Source of the DNA: Tubulanus polymorphus
Lineage: Eukaryota > Animalia > Nemertea
Assembly: GCF_964204645.1 (NCBI RefSeq)
Contig: NC_134026.1
Coordinates: forward strand, 23,718,150-23,782,149
DNA: 64,000 bases
Direction of reading: 5' to 3'
A program made the position numbers and the translations under genes. Every line of letters starts with the position of its first letter. The stretch's first letter is position 1. This document shows positions 1-14,182 of the stretch, one piece after another. The notes beneath the pieces were generated by a model. The model saw only the letters and a list, made by a program, of their open reading frames with translations. It was not told where the DNA came from and ran no database searches.

Positions 1-512
1 TGACAGCAACCAGAACGCAGGTGAATAATTATGTTTGTTCAATTTTAAAGAATGTGGCATAGATAAACTCAACACAAAAACTTAATTAACAACCGAAGCA
101 ATGACACATTTACTTAAACTCGAGAACCTGCCTCAAATAACAGTTTTAAGTACCGCCAGCAGCTTGGTTGGGCCGATGAAAATTATAGTTGCCGATCAGG
201 ATGAAACATCTTTCATTGACCATTGCAATGGTCAAGCAGTGATTAATTTCAGCAAAGCATGCAATCATCCTTTAACGTGGTCGAGATACAAAAATGCGGC
301 TATAAAGTCGCAGCCGGAGAACATAACAACAGTCATTACACCAATGATCATAACATACTGCATGTGGTATCACCCAATTACACAATCAAGCAATCCCTTT
401 AGGACAGAATTCCAGCTGAACTATACAGACCTAATTCCCAAGTCCCCGCCTTAATCTAAATGGATTTCTCCTTCATACATCGGCCATTGCCATTGCGCAG
501 CAATATCATCAA

Positions 513-1180
513 CTCAATGCATATGCGAATATTCGTTATGATATTTTCAATCATCGAAGGGGAAAAAATTCATGAAATAATGAATGACTCAATTGCATGA
601 GACGAAGCTTTTCATTCGATTGTTTTCAACAGGTAGAAATATGAATCGAGGCTCTTCAGATATCGGTTAAATATCACGATATATTAGAATATGATTCAAG
701 GTGGCTAGTTGTGTGGTAATGCTTAGTATATTGCATGAGAAAGTGTACCAGTTATAAATCGCCGGTTATATATCTCGAACCCGACGAGCATCCAGGCGAC
801 CGATTTTAACGGCAAGTTCATTCCCGCATACTTAGTAAATCTTGTAAATCTCAATGCATATGCGAATATTCGTTATGATATTTTCAATCATCGAAGGGGA
901 AAAAATTCATGAAATAATGAATGACTCAATTGCATGAGACGAAGCTTTTCACTCGATTGTTTTCAACAGGTAGAAATATGAATCGAGGCTCTTCAGATAT
1001 CGGTTAAATATCACGATATATTAGAATATGATTCAAGGTGGCTAGTTGTGTGGTAATGCTTAGTATATTGCATGAGAAAGTGTACCAGTTATAAATCGCC
1101 GGTTATATATCTCGAACCCGACGAGCATCCAGGCGACCGATTTTAACGGCAAGTTCATTCCCGCATACTTAGTAAATCTT
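513..1180. repeat. Direct tandem duplication of 331 bp (513-843 and 850-1180)
   Basis: Copies are identical apart from one substitution I could see (ttcattcg/ttcactcg); 6-bp spacer gtaaat. Confidence 0.95.
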
Positions 1181-4100
1181 CCGCACCGACCATAAACTGT
1201 CAAGTGCAGCGTTTAGCTCGGACGTTGTGATGGCCAGACTGCAGCGCAATAATTTGTCACTTGGTTTACACAGTCTGTGTACAAAGTGTAATTTGGCTGT
1301 GAACAACCCTCTTAAGGCACTGGTCAGTAGTTTAGATGCAAACTAATCAATGAACAAATGCGCCACAAACTTTTGCGGTGGCTGAGTTACTGCCAAAGCA
1401 TTGTGATTATGATGAATGAGGCAATGGTCAAGGGAGTCATTTCTAGATATTCAATGTCCCAAAGTAGCCTAGAAAATAGCCACTAGTTAGACTTATCCAT
1501 TTCGATCTTTTACCAGTGATAAATTATCATTTAGCGTAAGATGCATTTGCTCAGTATAAGATGTTTTGTCTATTTTTTATATAAGATAAAGGATATTGAA
1601 GCCTTAGAGGTCTGGTCTCCTCACAATCACTGACTACGGCATTAGTTTCGAGAAGTGGTTTTTTGTTTCCATCAATTTTCTATCGAAACGTAGCTGAAAC
1701 TTTTTTTACAAACCATTTCTTCAAATTTGAAGAAAAGACTAGTTACATAATATAGGTACTTTGGACTCTACGTCTCATTCTTCATCATGCAATATCGTGT
1801 TTGAGAGAATGTAAAACAACGAAAGCATCGGCTTCGCGATAAACACACATTTTTTCACCATCAGCAGAAATTCAATCTTTTATGCTTATTGTAGCGCACG
1901 CACCACACCCATAGTCTAGATGCTGTCTGACATCAATTAACTCGGCAATAAATTGTGTTCCAGACGAAATTATTTTACTCCATAACATCGTCGAAAAAAT
2001 GCATGAATAAATTCACACTTTCATCATTAAATCATCAAATTAGATCTATGAAAGTAAATCACAAACGCTTTTTCAATTGCATTCGCATCTTTTTTCTTCA
2101 TGAAACGATCATTAGACAGTTGAGAAATTATCAACCACTGCAAGGCGCATATTCACATTTACCAGTCTTATCAATCATTGGTAAATATGTAAGCGGTAGA
2201 TACATAGCTCGATGTTAGGGTCAGTACAAGAATCATTAATCAGATGGCATATACTGTTACAATCTACGGACGTGTAAGTGAATTATGATTTACAAATTTG
2301 ACGACACTGAGGGAATTGTGATGCCGAGCGGTAATTAACAAAATTACAACATGTCGACGCAGCGGACAGATCTATCGATAACGCAATATGAAATTATCAA
2401 ATAATAAACGTCAACGAATAATATATTGCGACATTACAAATTCAGGTAATAAAAATTTTCTTGTTATCCTCGGCAAATTCGAACACGCAACAGACTGAAA
2501 AATAATGTCGGCATTAATCAAGAGCTGTGAAACCATGAATTGCAGATCGCGAACGGGCGCGATGGAAGTTCTTCGCAAAGATCGTTTTTATGATTTCGGG
2601 TATTTCACACATGAAAGCATAGTTCACAGTTGAAACATGCGATAAACTTACTGAATGATGTCTGTTTCTTGTAATATTGCATACAGCGATGATTTCAGAG
2701 GAGATTATGAGGACTACGGTAATTGCAGGGGGGGGCAATAACCGGGTCTGCATGACTAATGCGTTTAAAAAGTCTGTTTTATGCGATATTGAATATATCA
2801 ATGATTTCGGGGAAGATCGACTTTTTTCATGACAACAATACACTTAAGAGACTATTATATTCGATAACCAATATTTGCACCTACTAACGTTTGTTTTATA
2901 GTTTCTTAAGGCAAATCGACTACAATTTAATAGTTGAAATTTGCATATGAATTGACACGGTCTTAGCATGGTTCCAGAGCGTTAACGATCCGGCAGGAAA
3001 TTTGTGTCACAATAAACTTCCATGTTTAATTATAAATAAGAGTAGCCGAGTTTAATGGTGCTCGCCACTGACATTTTAATATCCAACAGTAACCAACAAA
3101 CTAAATTAGCTCGCAATGCCAAAAAGCTGCGAATAATTGACTTTCGCGTGCGCCGTTGGTTTTACGGCGAGTTGATGCAATGATTGCGCAGTCCAGAGCG
3201 TACACACATACACACACATTCAAACGCATGAACATTGTCAAATAATTCAAGATATGTTCCATTATGATGAACCATATACCATTATGATGAAAATGGCAAA
3301 TTCGCCCGAACAGATTAATTCATTCAAAAAAATAGATAAACGTATCTATCCTGGTCAATTTGATCGCCATTTTGCCGCAATTGGAACAGGCAAAATCTAT
3401 GACGATAAAAACATTAAGCCCTAACTGTACGGCCACGTCGAACTGGGAATTGGACAGAACAGAAAAAGAAAGTTCACCCATTAGAAAGTAATTAAGACTA
3501 ATGACGTAGCTACATGCTTCTTGAGCGTGACTTCACCAGCCAGCAGTGAACACCCGGAGAAAATTATGTCTCGCGTCGTCATCAAATTACATCGCGCGAT
3601 TCATTTGGCGATTTTTTGTGACAACGCCGACGCCGCCGTATACGACCGCGACCGATCGACGAGGAGAAGGAGAGGCCGAGTCAGTAATGATATACTCACT
3701 CATTTACTGCTAATTACTACGGTACGATCGTACAGGTGTCAACGCGACTGCGAGGTGATAATCCACCGCGAGAGAAGCAGACGCGAGCTGACGAAATCCC
3801 ATGATGGATACACGGCAACAGGTGACGAATACCGATGCGTTCGGCAAACGACGAAGTTTTTCTCTCAAGGTGCACGCGATTTTTCCAGTAAAAGAAAAAT
3901 AAACTACCGAGCCATATTCTCGAGTTATGCCATTTTTATGTATTGATGACTCATGCAGTGTTTTACAATTATTATGCAGTGGCCTTTATTTCCTCGGCGC
4001 TATCACGACGATGACGGTGCCCGAAATGGCGTCGAAAATTATTGCGACGAAAAAAGCGAATTCTTTCATCTTTTTCTCTCCGTCCATGACATCACAGGCG

Positions 4101-7100
4101 GCGTAAAATCTTTATGCATTTATCATAAAATACGATATTATGTATTCAGACACGGGGGATACTAATTATAGTTCATGCATGTTCATTCATAATGAATGGC
4201 GCTTATGGGCTCGCTAGCAAAAACGAAAACACTAGCATTGGCCGTTGAACATTATTTTATTACAGATTTTATGCTTAACGGAGAAATAAAGTGTGATACG
4301 CAACATTATGAATCTAAAGACAAAGTATGATTTTATGGGATATTTCCATCTCGTCATACTATAACAACTGAACACATGGTGCATGTGAAAGACCTTCCCG
4401 TGTGTCAGAAGCAAGTTCTATATTTTAGGGAGGAGCCAGGGAGGGATGAAGCACACGGATGCAAGTGCTCTTCTAGCTATAAAAATGGGGCGGATTTATT
4501 GCCCTTGCAGGATGTGAGTAGAGGAGAATTTGGTACGGTACAGCATAATAAAGGAGGCTCTTGACTCTTCTGTTGTCGAACACTTTTTCATGTCCAATAC
4601 TACAACAGGCTGATGACCAATATACAGTGATCAAAAGCTTTGAAATATGCCTGCAACAGCTATTCCAAAACTGGTTAACAGTTCAACTCGTCATCATGAT
4701 GTCACTAGTCATTTAAACTAGATCCAAGGCTCACACAGATTTTGTCTTAAGATCTAAACATCTTGTAGATTCGAATAAATATTTCTAGGTTCTAGATTTT
4801 TTCATCATTAAGTGGAGAATTCCCATTTGCCTCCCAACTTTTCATAAGGATCAGCCCCTGCACGTAGAGTGTTTTTGTCACATTGAAAATGGTCTAATAC
4901 AACTAAGGCGATTTTTAACCGAAGCTTTATCTCCTGTCCCCTCAGGACGAAGACCAACTTCACAAAATCGATTCTTAAGAAAATATACCACCAAATTTAG
5001 CCAGGTCTGGAAGTAAAGAAATGAGAAACTCGGAAAGCAGAAGCAGCCATCAGATGACATGCTATTAGCTCAACAATTCTCAGCAAAGAAGACATAAATG
5101 CTAAAATATGTTAGTGGTGGCCCCAAACAACTAATAAATACGCTAAATATGCAATGAATTTAATTAAACGACACTCAGCAGACCAAATTCAATTAATTTT
5201 CTCCGTTGCACTAGGGGTTAATGAGAAATAACCAAGTTCTGAGCTACAAGACAGTTAATGGTAATCAAGCTTGTTATGACACACTGCTGTATCAAAGCAC
5301 ATGTTAAGAACACATAAAATTCAAAACTTCCACTAGATATTCTTATCAGCAAACGATAAAAACACTAATGAAGCTGACATTTTCGCTTTGCAATGGTCAT
5401 GTGTAATCTCCGATATAGAGATATGGCCTTGTATTCCTAACATTCGATATAGAACTAATTAATCTTTGAAATTAACGATTACACCGATGTATAAACTATT
5501 CTCAGACTTATATTAGATGATTCAAGTTTCAGCCGCAAGAGTTCTGTTTTTTTCTTCGTTTCGTCGAAAGAACGCCATCTCGATGCAGGTTCAGAGGCAA
5601 TTAATGAGCAGCGTATATCAGCTTTGAATCATTACGTGTCATGCTCGGGCCCATTAGAAAGTTATCGCAGCAGCACAGAAGATCATGTATCAGCAGACAC
5701 CTGACAGATGGAGTTCCAACAACCCGCAGCATAATAACTAACTAAAAGTGTTAAGAATTACAGGTCCCTTGTGCGCGTTGCTCAACGCAAGAAGAACAAA
5801 ACTTAACGCTCAAACCTCCTTTTTTCTCATCTCCTGTTTCAAAACATCAATACATAAGAGTAATGTAATTCCAAATGCAATTCCGAACTTACTCGAAGCA
5901 GGTTGTGGAAGACAACGGTTCGCGCTTACAACTAATAGCGACATCTCGCTCGATATATTTCATATTTGTCTCCTCGCTATGCTGCGGTGGCGAGAAAAAG
6001 GTTGGAAACCTAATGACCTCTCATAGACAGCAAATACATTAACATGGCACCAATTGCCTCAATTTCCGCATGCTAAAGCTAGACACTCGAATGCCACCTA
6101 ATTTGACATAAGAACCACTGAATTCAGCAGTCATCGTACAAAAGGAGAACCAACGCGCTAGGAGGCGAAAAGTTTATATATAATTCATAATTCATAATAA
6201 TCATCAAATGATTATCCATATTTTGATAGGAAGTTTACAATCCATATGCGCTGATGGAAAATGCCTACAATGGTGAAACAGACGAAGTCCAACAATGCTG
6301 TTTTTCAAAGCATATAGAAACAAAACATTCCCATAGAAGAAATCGTTCAATTAAGGCAGGATGATCTCTAGATTTGGTTGAGATAAAATATCCGTGAGCA
6401 GGTAATCCCCATCATAGTACCCCATCATAGACGGTTGACTCATGAAATCGAATTGGTCTTTAGAACACTGAAACAATGGATAATGATATCCTCCAATGAA
6501 TTTGACTCAACACACCCTATTGAACCATTCTTTCAAGGTGGATAGCTGTTAGGATGAATATTATTGTCTTCTGGCCTACGAGTCTTTAAGAGTCACTATT
6601 GCAAAAAAAACATTTTTCGAAAAAATGTTATTTGGCCTAACTATAAAAAATGGAAAGACAATCTGATTTTTGCAAGGTCAATCACATCTTTATTTCAGTG
6701 GGGAAGCGATTCTCATAAATATTTCGTGAAAAGTTTATATCCCATTAATCAAGCCCGCACAAAAAAGCACAAAAAACCGTTCATGATTTTTATCAAGAGT
6801 CAGGTCTATATATCATCTAGCTCGAGATGAAGAGTGACTTTCAATTCTACAGAGTATAGAATGCAAACCACTAATCTTGTTTTCACATGAGAATTTACAA
6901 TTAAAGTCATTAACTACAACGTGATATGAATCTACCAGCTTCAGTATGATATATTCCACTGCACTCTTACTCTCAGGCTCTTTCTTTTTGCTCCTGACAT
7001 TAGTTTAGTGGCGAATATATGGGAACGAGCATACGGCATTTTAATTTACTTCTAATGGATCTTATAATGGGCATGCTTTCTTTTTAGCCATTTGTATTGT

Positions 7101-10100
7101 GAGATATAGTTCGAACCTTACATAGAGACCGCTGCTGTTCGTTACCCGACAATAAGTCCTAACAGTTTTAAGCTTTGATGGATGTTTGAGCAGAACTTCT
7201 GAAAGTTCACCATAAAACCCCATTTAGAGCTCTTTCCAACGTTGAGATATGACCAACGAGATTCAAAAATCTATCAGCATAAAGGATTATGTAATACAAT
7301 ATTAGATGAGCAGCTTTTGAAGGGAAGAGTTTCATTAGCAGTAAGTTTAGATGTCGCTCCGCAGTTTTAAAAAAACCTCATTATTTTGAAGATAGGAGAA
7401 AATGATAGCCAGATGAGCAGCTTTGAATTTCTATGAACATTCTAATAATGCCGATCCAAAATTCAAGACCCAGTTTATGGTATACATATACATAAGAATT
7501 ACCTGTAGCTGGTTTCGTAGATAATGTTGAAAAATGAGCTGACTAAGAAATGAGTCCCCATCTTCGCGTACTTGCCACATTACACACATATGATAGCAAA
7601 TTTCACTATCTCATGTCTTGCCTTTTACCAAGGTCTGAATGAAAAGTGTAATGCGTGCACTTCAAGACACAATACGAATGTCTCCGCGCTATAGATATGA
7701 GACCACGTTTGTTTTTATTAGTCATAAGGGGAAAAAATTGTTTTTGATAACCTACTGTCGATAGATATCAATAGGTGCAATTCATTTAAAAAAATCCAGT
7801 CTGGAGTATAGCATATATTAGTACTTTCAGATTGTAAATTAGACAATGAACGCATTTTCCCCGTCATTCTATTGATTGACACAATTAGACGTCGGCTGAC
7901 AACGCTGAATTTCAAAAGAAGGTGAAGTTCTGTTGCCTCCATCAGCGTTCGTAATCAAAATCAATATCGCAAAATATCTTTTCAACGTGGATGAAAAAAA
8001 ATGCGAAAACACACACACGCGTCGTGTTCAGTTTCTATTTCACAGCGGAATCACATAATCTATCTATTTCAGCGAGGGTTGTCGCACCAAGGACGCCCAC
8101 AAAATTTGACCCTGATGGGAAATCATGCCGATGTCCCGAAAATAATACGAAAACCATAGTTACACCGACGAACATCATGTGCGTTGATGATTTCTTTTTT
8201 CGCCAACACGAACGAACGATTGAAAACTGGCGAACGCACGATAAAGTGGCAAATTAAAATTCATCAAGCGTAAGCAGCGATTACACAGCTAATTTTAGTG
8301 CCACAACGTTGGAAACTATGGAGCGAATTCACCGCAGCATATGACTGTTGTGGGTAGTGTCAAACGCAATTTAAGCTTAATTTGCGTGTCATAAACGATG
8401 CCGTGAAATGAAGATAATGTCCTCAATATTGAACGCGAGAACGACGAGCTACGGAGTGTGTTTTTCCGCGTAATTCATGATTTCTACGTAACCACAGCAT
8501 CAAACCAAGATTGTCAAGACACCGAACGCAAATTACAGTTAATGAATTTAATTCGAACGAGAAGCCGTAGCCAGTGGCTACATCTATGAATAGCCGTATG
8601 AACTTGTATCCGGTTTTCCGATCGATATAGCCTTGAATCTACATCGGAAACTAGATAACGTCTCATTAAATTAATCATCTGATTTGCGGTGAAATTGAAG
8701 ATTTCGCCCGGTACGACGCACGCGATCAAAAATATACTTCTACCGGATATATAGTTTGAGCGAATAGCAGCGATTCATCCGATTTCAAACGTCGCAACGG
8801 GAATTATTTCAATTCCGACTGACGGAACTTTTTAATCGAATGTTTTGCAAGAGTATATATATATATAGACGAGAACAAGTTAAATAATAATTATGGAATT
8901 AAGTCGGATATCGAATGGTTAGAAACGTCGGCCTAATGAGATGGTTGCGTTGAGCCAGTTTGATCCGGCGAACTGATTGACTCGGCGAGCTGACGAGAGC
9001 TATAGCGTTGATCGATCAGCGATCGCGGTCCGCCTCGCAATCCAACACTTCCTTTACACGCGCAATGACAAGCGCGGTCTCTACAGCCAAGAATCTACAG
9101 GACGACAGCAATGACTGTAAGATGAACCCGGTTTCCTACATTGATTGGCCGGTTAGGATTACTCATAGCCGGCCGTGAGTGGTAATACTGACAAACCCCT
9201 TGTCCGCGTTAGTTCGCATGACAAAACTGCGCGGCTGTCTACGTCGACATCGTCTTGACTCGCATTTCCTGAACACGACGACAAATCTTCATTTTTTTTT
9301 CCGCGAGCGTCATCGTCGTACTCAATAGCAGATTCTCTTAAAACGTAATCGATATATTACGACGCACGGCGGCCGGTACGGGAATTCAAGATCCGTCTGG
9401 CGAAGAAAGTCGAATACAGGAGACCGACTTATCCCCGAACGGAATCGATCCGACGAAATCTTCTACTCACGATTATTATTACGTAAATCTACCGAGCGTC
9501 GAATTCTCTTCTTGCGATGAAAAAAATATATCGAATCCGGAAAACAGACACGACGATCATGAATTCTCTTCCGTGACAACAACAATGACGACAAAAGGTT
9601 TTATTTCGTCGTGTTCTCCGCGTCTTCGTCGAGTATCGAGTTCTCCTCGTCGTCTATATCTTCGGCGGACGTCAGATGTTTATTGATGGACAACTAATAG
9701 AGACAGAAAATCAAAGTCGTGAAACCACTTGGCCGAAAGATTCGACTGACAAGCTCTTAATCAAAATCGACCATAGATCAATCATAAATCCATGTCTGCG
9801 AACACAAATGAGCGATTCCACACGTAAATTTAGTATATATCATACCCCAGACAAACGCCTCTCGGCATCAGTCAATCCCTTTTCCAGACATACCCATAGT
9901 CTATATCTTTTAGAGGAATCAATTTTAATACGAAACTGATGGAGAAAAACGATGTAACTTATAAATATTACTAATATACGATACTTTGATATGAAGATAA
10001 TCTCTAAAGATAAGCTCTCGCGATATTGAAATTACATCGGCAACTTGCTGCCAGAGCAGTAGTAACTGAATATTATTCAAGTTCTTACTGGATTTACTAG

Positions 10101-10395
10101 ATGTCGCTACTAGTACTCGTGTGTGAAATGATCGCGTTATCTCAAGTGCTCGTGTCTAAAAACTAGTTGAAGCAAAAAAGAGTAGCTAAATTTGTTCTCA
10201 TCCTCACTCACAATGTCATGTACTTATTCTGATACTGCAATTCTTGTGCAAGAGGGACGATCTAGTTCAAGTTTTCTGCGAAATTTATTTCTCAGCACAG
10301 AACTATATAGAACAACTAAATGACCGTATTAAGCTTGTATACTCGAATAAATAGAAGCTGCTGCTGGACAAGACAGCTCCTCAAACTATCAAAAT

Positions 10396-10898
10396 AGCCA
10401 CGATCACGCAAGTGTTTTTGACAAGGGCCAAATTTGGCCCATACTAGAGTAGGTCCAGCCCAACCAATCACAGGTCTCCAATAGGTCAGTGCGAGTTTAA
10501 TACGGGCCAAACCGGGCCTGACCAAAAACGTCAGCCCAGGCCGTTACAGATTTTAACACGGGTTAAATTATTCAGCGCGAATGCTAATTGGTTGTGGAAG
10601 TGAGTCACCTCGCTCTTGCCACAGCATCGTTTTTACACCATTTTAAGGCGAGCTTGATGGACTACAATGCGATAGATATCAATTACTGAGAAGGAACGCG
10701 ATCATAGGCCAGTTCATGTCAACATACTGAAGGCCGCTAAAGTTGCTGAAAACCCCAGTTTCATTGGTATCCATCGTATCACAGCCCCGATATTAGCCAC
10801 GAGTGAGTGATCGACACGAGAATGCGCTCTCTGTACTGAATTTGACACGGATCTGGCCAGTTTGAACCTGGCCAAATCATCTCCGTGTGATCGCGGCT
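10396..10898. mobile_element. Non-autonomous DNA transposon (MITE), PIF/Harbinger-like
   Basis: TIRs AGCCACGATCACGC / GTGTGATCGCGGCT, 3-bp TSD AAT, internal GGCCAAATTTGGCC palindrome; related inverted copy at 31138-31359. Confidence 0.8.
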
Positions 10899-13800
10899 AA
10901 TGATTTATCTCTTAAAGTTAAAATGAATACGATAATAGCGAGCTAAGCGTAGAATAAAAACCATCGTAGATTCATTTTATCGGTCAATCATGTATAAGCC
11001 TAATCCACAGCCGCCTAATCCAGTGTCACGTGGGTAAAATTTTTCATTCGAGTCGATTTCTCATCCCGTGCGCACAACATGACAACGCACCCAAGGACGG
11101 CCAAACATGACTCAATACTCTTGACGAGGTGATATGAAAATCATCTTCCTTTTATCGAAGAATAAGAACGCGCTGAAGAAATGAACCAGCAGTAAAGATA
11201 AGCAGCAATGTCTTATTCGATTCGACGCAATTCATAATATTCAGTCTGAAAAAGCAGTTCGCGAGTCTCGGCGAATACTTTTCGCACTATTATCAGTTCT
11301 CGATCTTTTCGATTATCGTGATTTTTGCCGCGCGCGATTCCAGGAAATCGTTGACGCCCGCCGCCGCGCGTTGCTGATGCCTAACGATAATGGAGGTGAC
11401 GGTACGACGAATGAAATAACCCGAGAGCGCATGTTTAAACGACATACATTTCATCAATTTCAGCGTGTCTACACGTCTCTCTAAACGAGCTACATCGATT
11501 TCCACCCGAACGCTAAATCAATTCCATCGCTACGAGGTGCAGTAAACAACACAGCGAACTTTTCAAAATAATGAACATCCAGGGCGCGCGTCGCTTCGCC
11601 CGTGGCGTATGCATTTTGAAATCAATTCGAGACGCGATTGAACGAGGTGATTTTTTAGACCCCGCTCCGATGTAACAAGACCTTTCAGCGAACTGCGAAA
11701 TTGGTCTCAGTAATGATTTTTATGTGATGGATGAAAAGTGAATTATATTCGACAAAATTAGGAAAATTGTCCCAAATCGATCAGAAAACTTGTTCATAGA
11801 TATAGTTTTCAGAAAGTAGTTTTGTAATGATGAGCTCTAGGTAACCAAAGGAAAGAGACCTATCTCACATTTCTAGCAATTCACCCAATAATGATCAATT
11901 GAATAATCAAAATGTCAGTTACATAAAAAATTTCAACACTCACCACTGACATAGGTGCATTCATATAGTTATACGGTGCACACGGACTTACCTAAAATGA
12001 GAAGAAAAAACAATAATTTATCATTGTGTGTTAAACAGATAATCTTGTTGTAAAACATGGAATTTTACAGCTTCTGTAGGGATGAATATCATACAGAAGA
12101 TGAATGGATGTTGAAAATGAAAATCTCGTCATTGAAATTTTTTCTACTTTGTCAGGAAGTTACATTGTAATAATGTATGATAAACGAGGCGCATGTATGA
12201 ATGCATGAAGCCATATAGAAACATATCCTGGCATCCGTAAAGGAGGAAGTCTTACGCAGATATAATATCATATAAGAAAGTTCCGCGATAGAAAACACGG
12301 ACAGGAAGATCGCAGTAGTTTAAAATACCGGCGATCTATATGATTGAACAGATCCTATCAATCGGCTTTCATGTTATGAAACAATGACACGTATTTCTTT
12401 GCTACTAAAATGTCACGACTACAAGGAGCATGAACTATCATTTACTACTGACAGTCACAACGCTACAGCTTCTGGCACTACCACAGTATTTATAGAAAAC
12501 ACCATACAATTTTCATCAATTTGAACCTATTTATCTACAACTCAATTAGTGGAAAAACATTTACGTTGACAGTGCAGAAAACACCATCCACCTATGAAGA
12601 GGTCCCCTCCCCATTACCGAGCCACAGGCAAACAGCGAGTAAAAGACAATCTGTGAGAAGCCGCTGATTACTGGAACCAATGCAATTAGAGCGATGACAG
12701 GTTATCATGGCGATAAACTTAACCGCTGTCAGGTTGGTTTATCATAGTCGAAGCTAAGCCGGCTACACCAGCTTCATCGGGCTCTCGCTGCAATATGAAT
12801 TATATACAGTTCTCATGCATCAATAAATCTAATGATCTATTTGTCACCATTTCTTGGCGACGAAAGATGATCGCTCACACCTAAACACCTGCAGCATTAA
12901 TGTCCTGGAAAGATCACTAAGCTCATCCGATTATTACTAGACAATGACCATCTGTTTTCCAGAGTACCATTATACTATATCAAACACGAGAAATGAACAG
13001 TACAAGAAGATTCAACCATTTGCGACATAAACACATTAACAACGCACAAATGCACTGCTCTAGAAGAAATGGATGCAGAAATAGTTAAATTAGTAACTGA
13101 CGCTAGTAAATGGAGAGACAATAAGCTTGAAGCAAGAGTTAAGATTATACTTCACTCTCATTCAATACTGTCTGAAAGACGCATTATCGACCCGAGACTA
13201 GAGATTTTCAGCAAGAAGGCAGGAATAAAGAGCAAAATCAAGAGCAAGTGGCCCGGTGAAATAAAAAATGGTGGCCAATACATGGATATCATGATTCATT
13301 CATCCAGTCGTGGCTAGCTAGGATGGCAACTATTCTCATCCTATTTTGCCATGCACTGTACACTATCTGTTCACTACTGATGGACACAACATCGTATTAT
13401 GCTCGGAAGACCAATAAAATGAGATTTATTAGATCTACAAACGAGTAATGGTGACAGGACTATGAGAATCGTCACGGTTCTACGGTTATAGCTTCGATAC
13501 GAGCATTCCTAGAATTTCTAAACAAAGCTCTACACATTTTCAGGCTACCTCGGCTACCATGGACCAATAAGATATTACGTAATGGGTGGTCTTGATAACA
13601 TATGAAGCGCGATGATATGATAAGCAAAAAAGTAAAATTGCCCTATATGTAAGGTCAGGATAGTGAGGCCGAGATCATGATTTGTTATCGAATAAGACAT
13701 TAATACGAAAAAAGAATCTAGTTCAAAGAATCTGGTTCGTCTTCTTTTCCACACTTGGGTACATACGATCATAAATATCATATAACAAGTGCATATCCAT

Positions 13801-14130
13801 AATCAGAGCGTCTTTCATGTAGCGGGAATGTATGCGTGAAATGTCCTGGCATTCCCTCGAGGTGACACAAATGATCCCCGGCTCTTTACAAGGGATATAC
13901 GCCTGCTTGATATTCCCAGATTAATGAGTTAAGCTTGCGTGACATATCTGCATGCAACATTCCACCTGATTATTTTCCATCATGTTGTTAGTGCCTACTC
14001 ATTATCGGAAACAGTAGCGTGTTTTTCGTTCGACCGCCGAACCCAACCGACGTACACATTCATGATATCACGTACGAAACACACACTTGCTTTTACCATC
14101 GATACAATTCGCTCATGTGATGAATATACA

Positions 14131-14182
14131 ACCTACCCACTGACCTGGGAAACAGAACCTACCCACTGACCTCGGAAACAGA
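14131..14182. repeat. 26-bp tandem duplication
   Basis: acctacccactgacct(g/c)ggaaacaga x2. Confidence 0.9.

Noticed and set aside
4429-4513. Plus-strand exon-like unit (ttttag...gtgagt), possible nested gene
   Set aside because: Isolated; no partner exons or recognisable product
3657-9652. 12-bp long-range complementary matches among CGACGA-rich blocks
   Set aside because: Matches this short are expected by chance in 40 kb; not evidence of structure without computation
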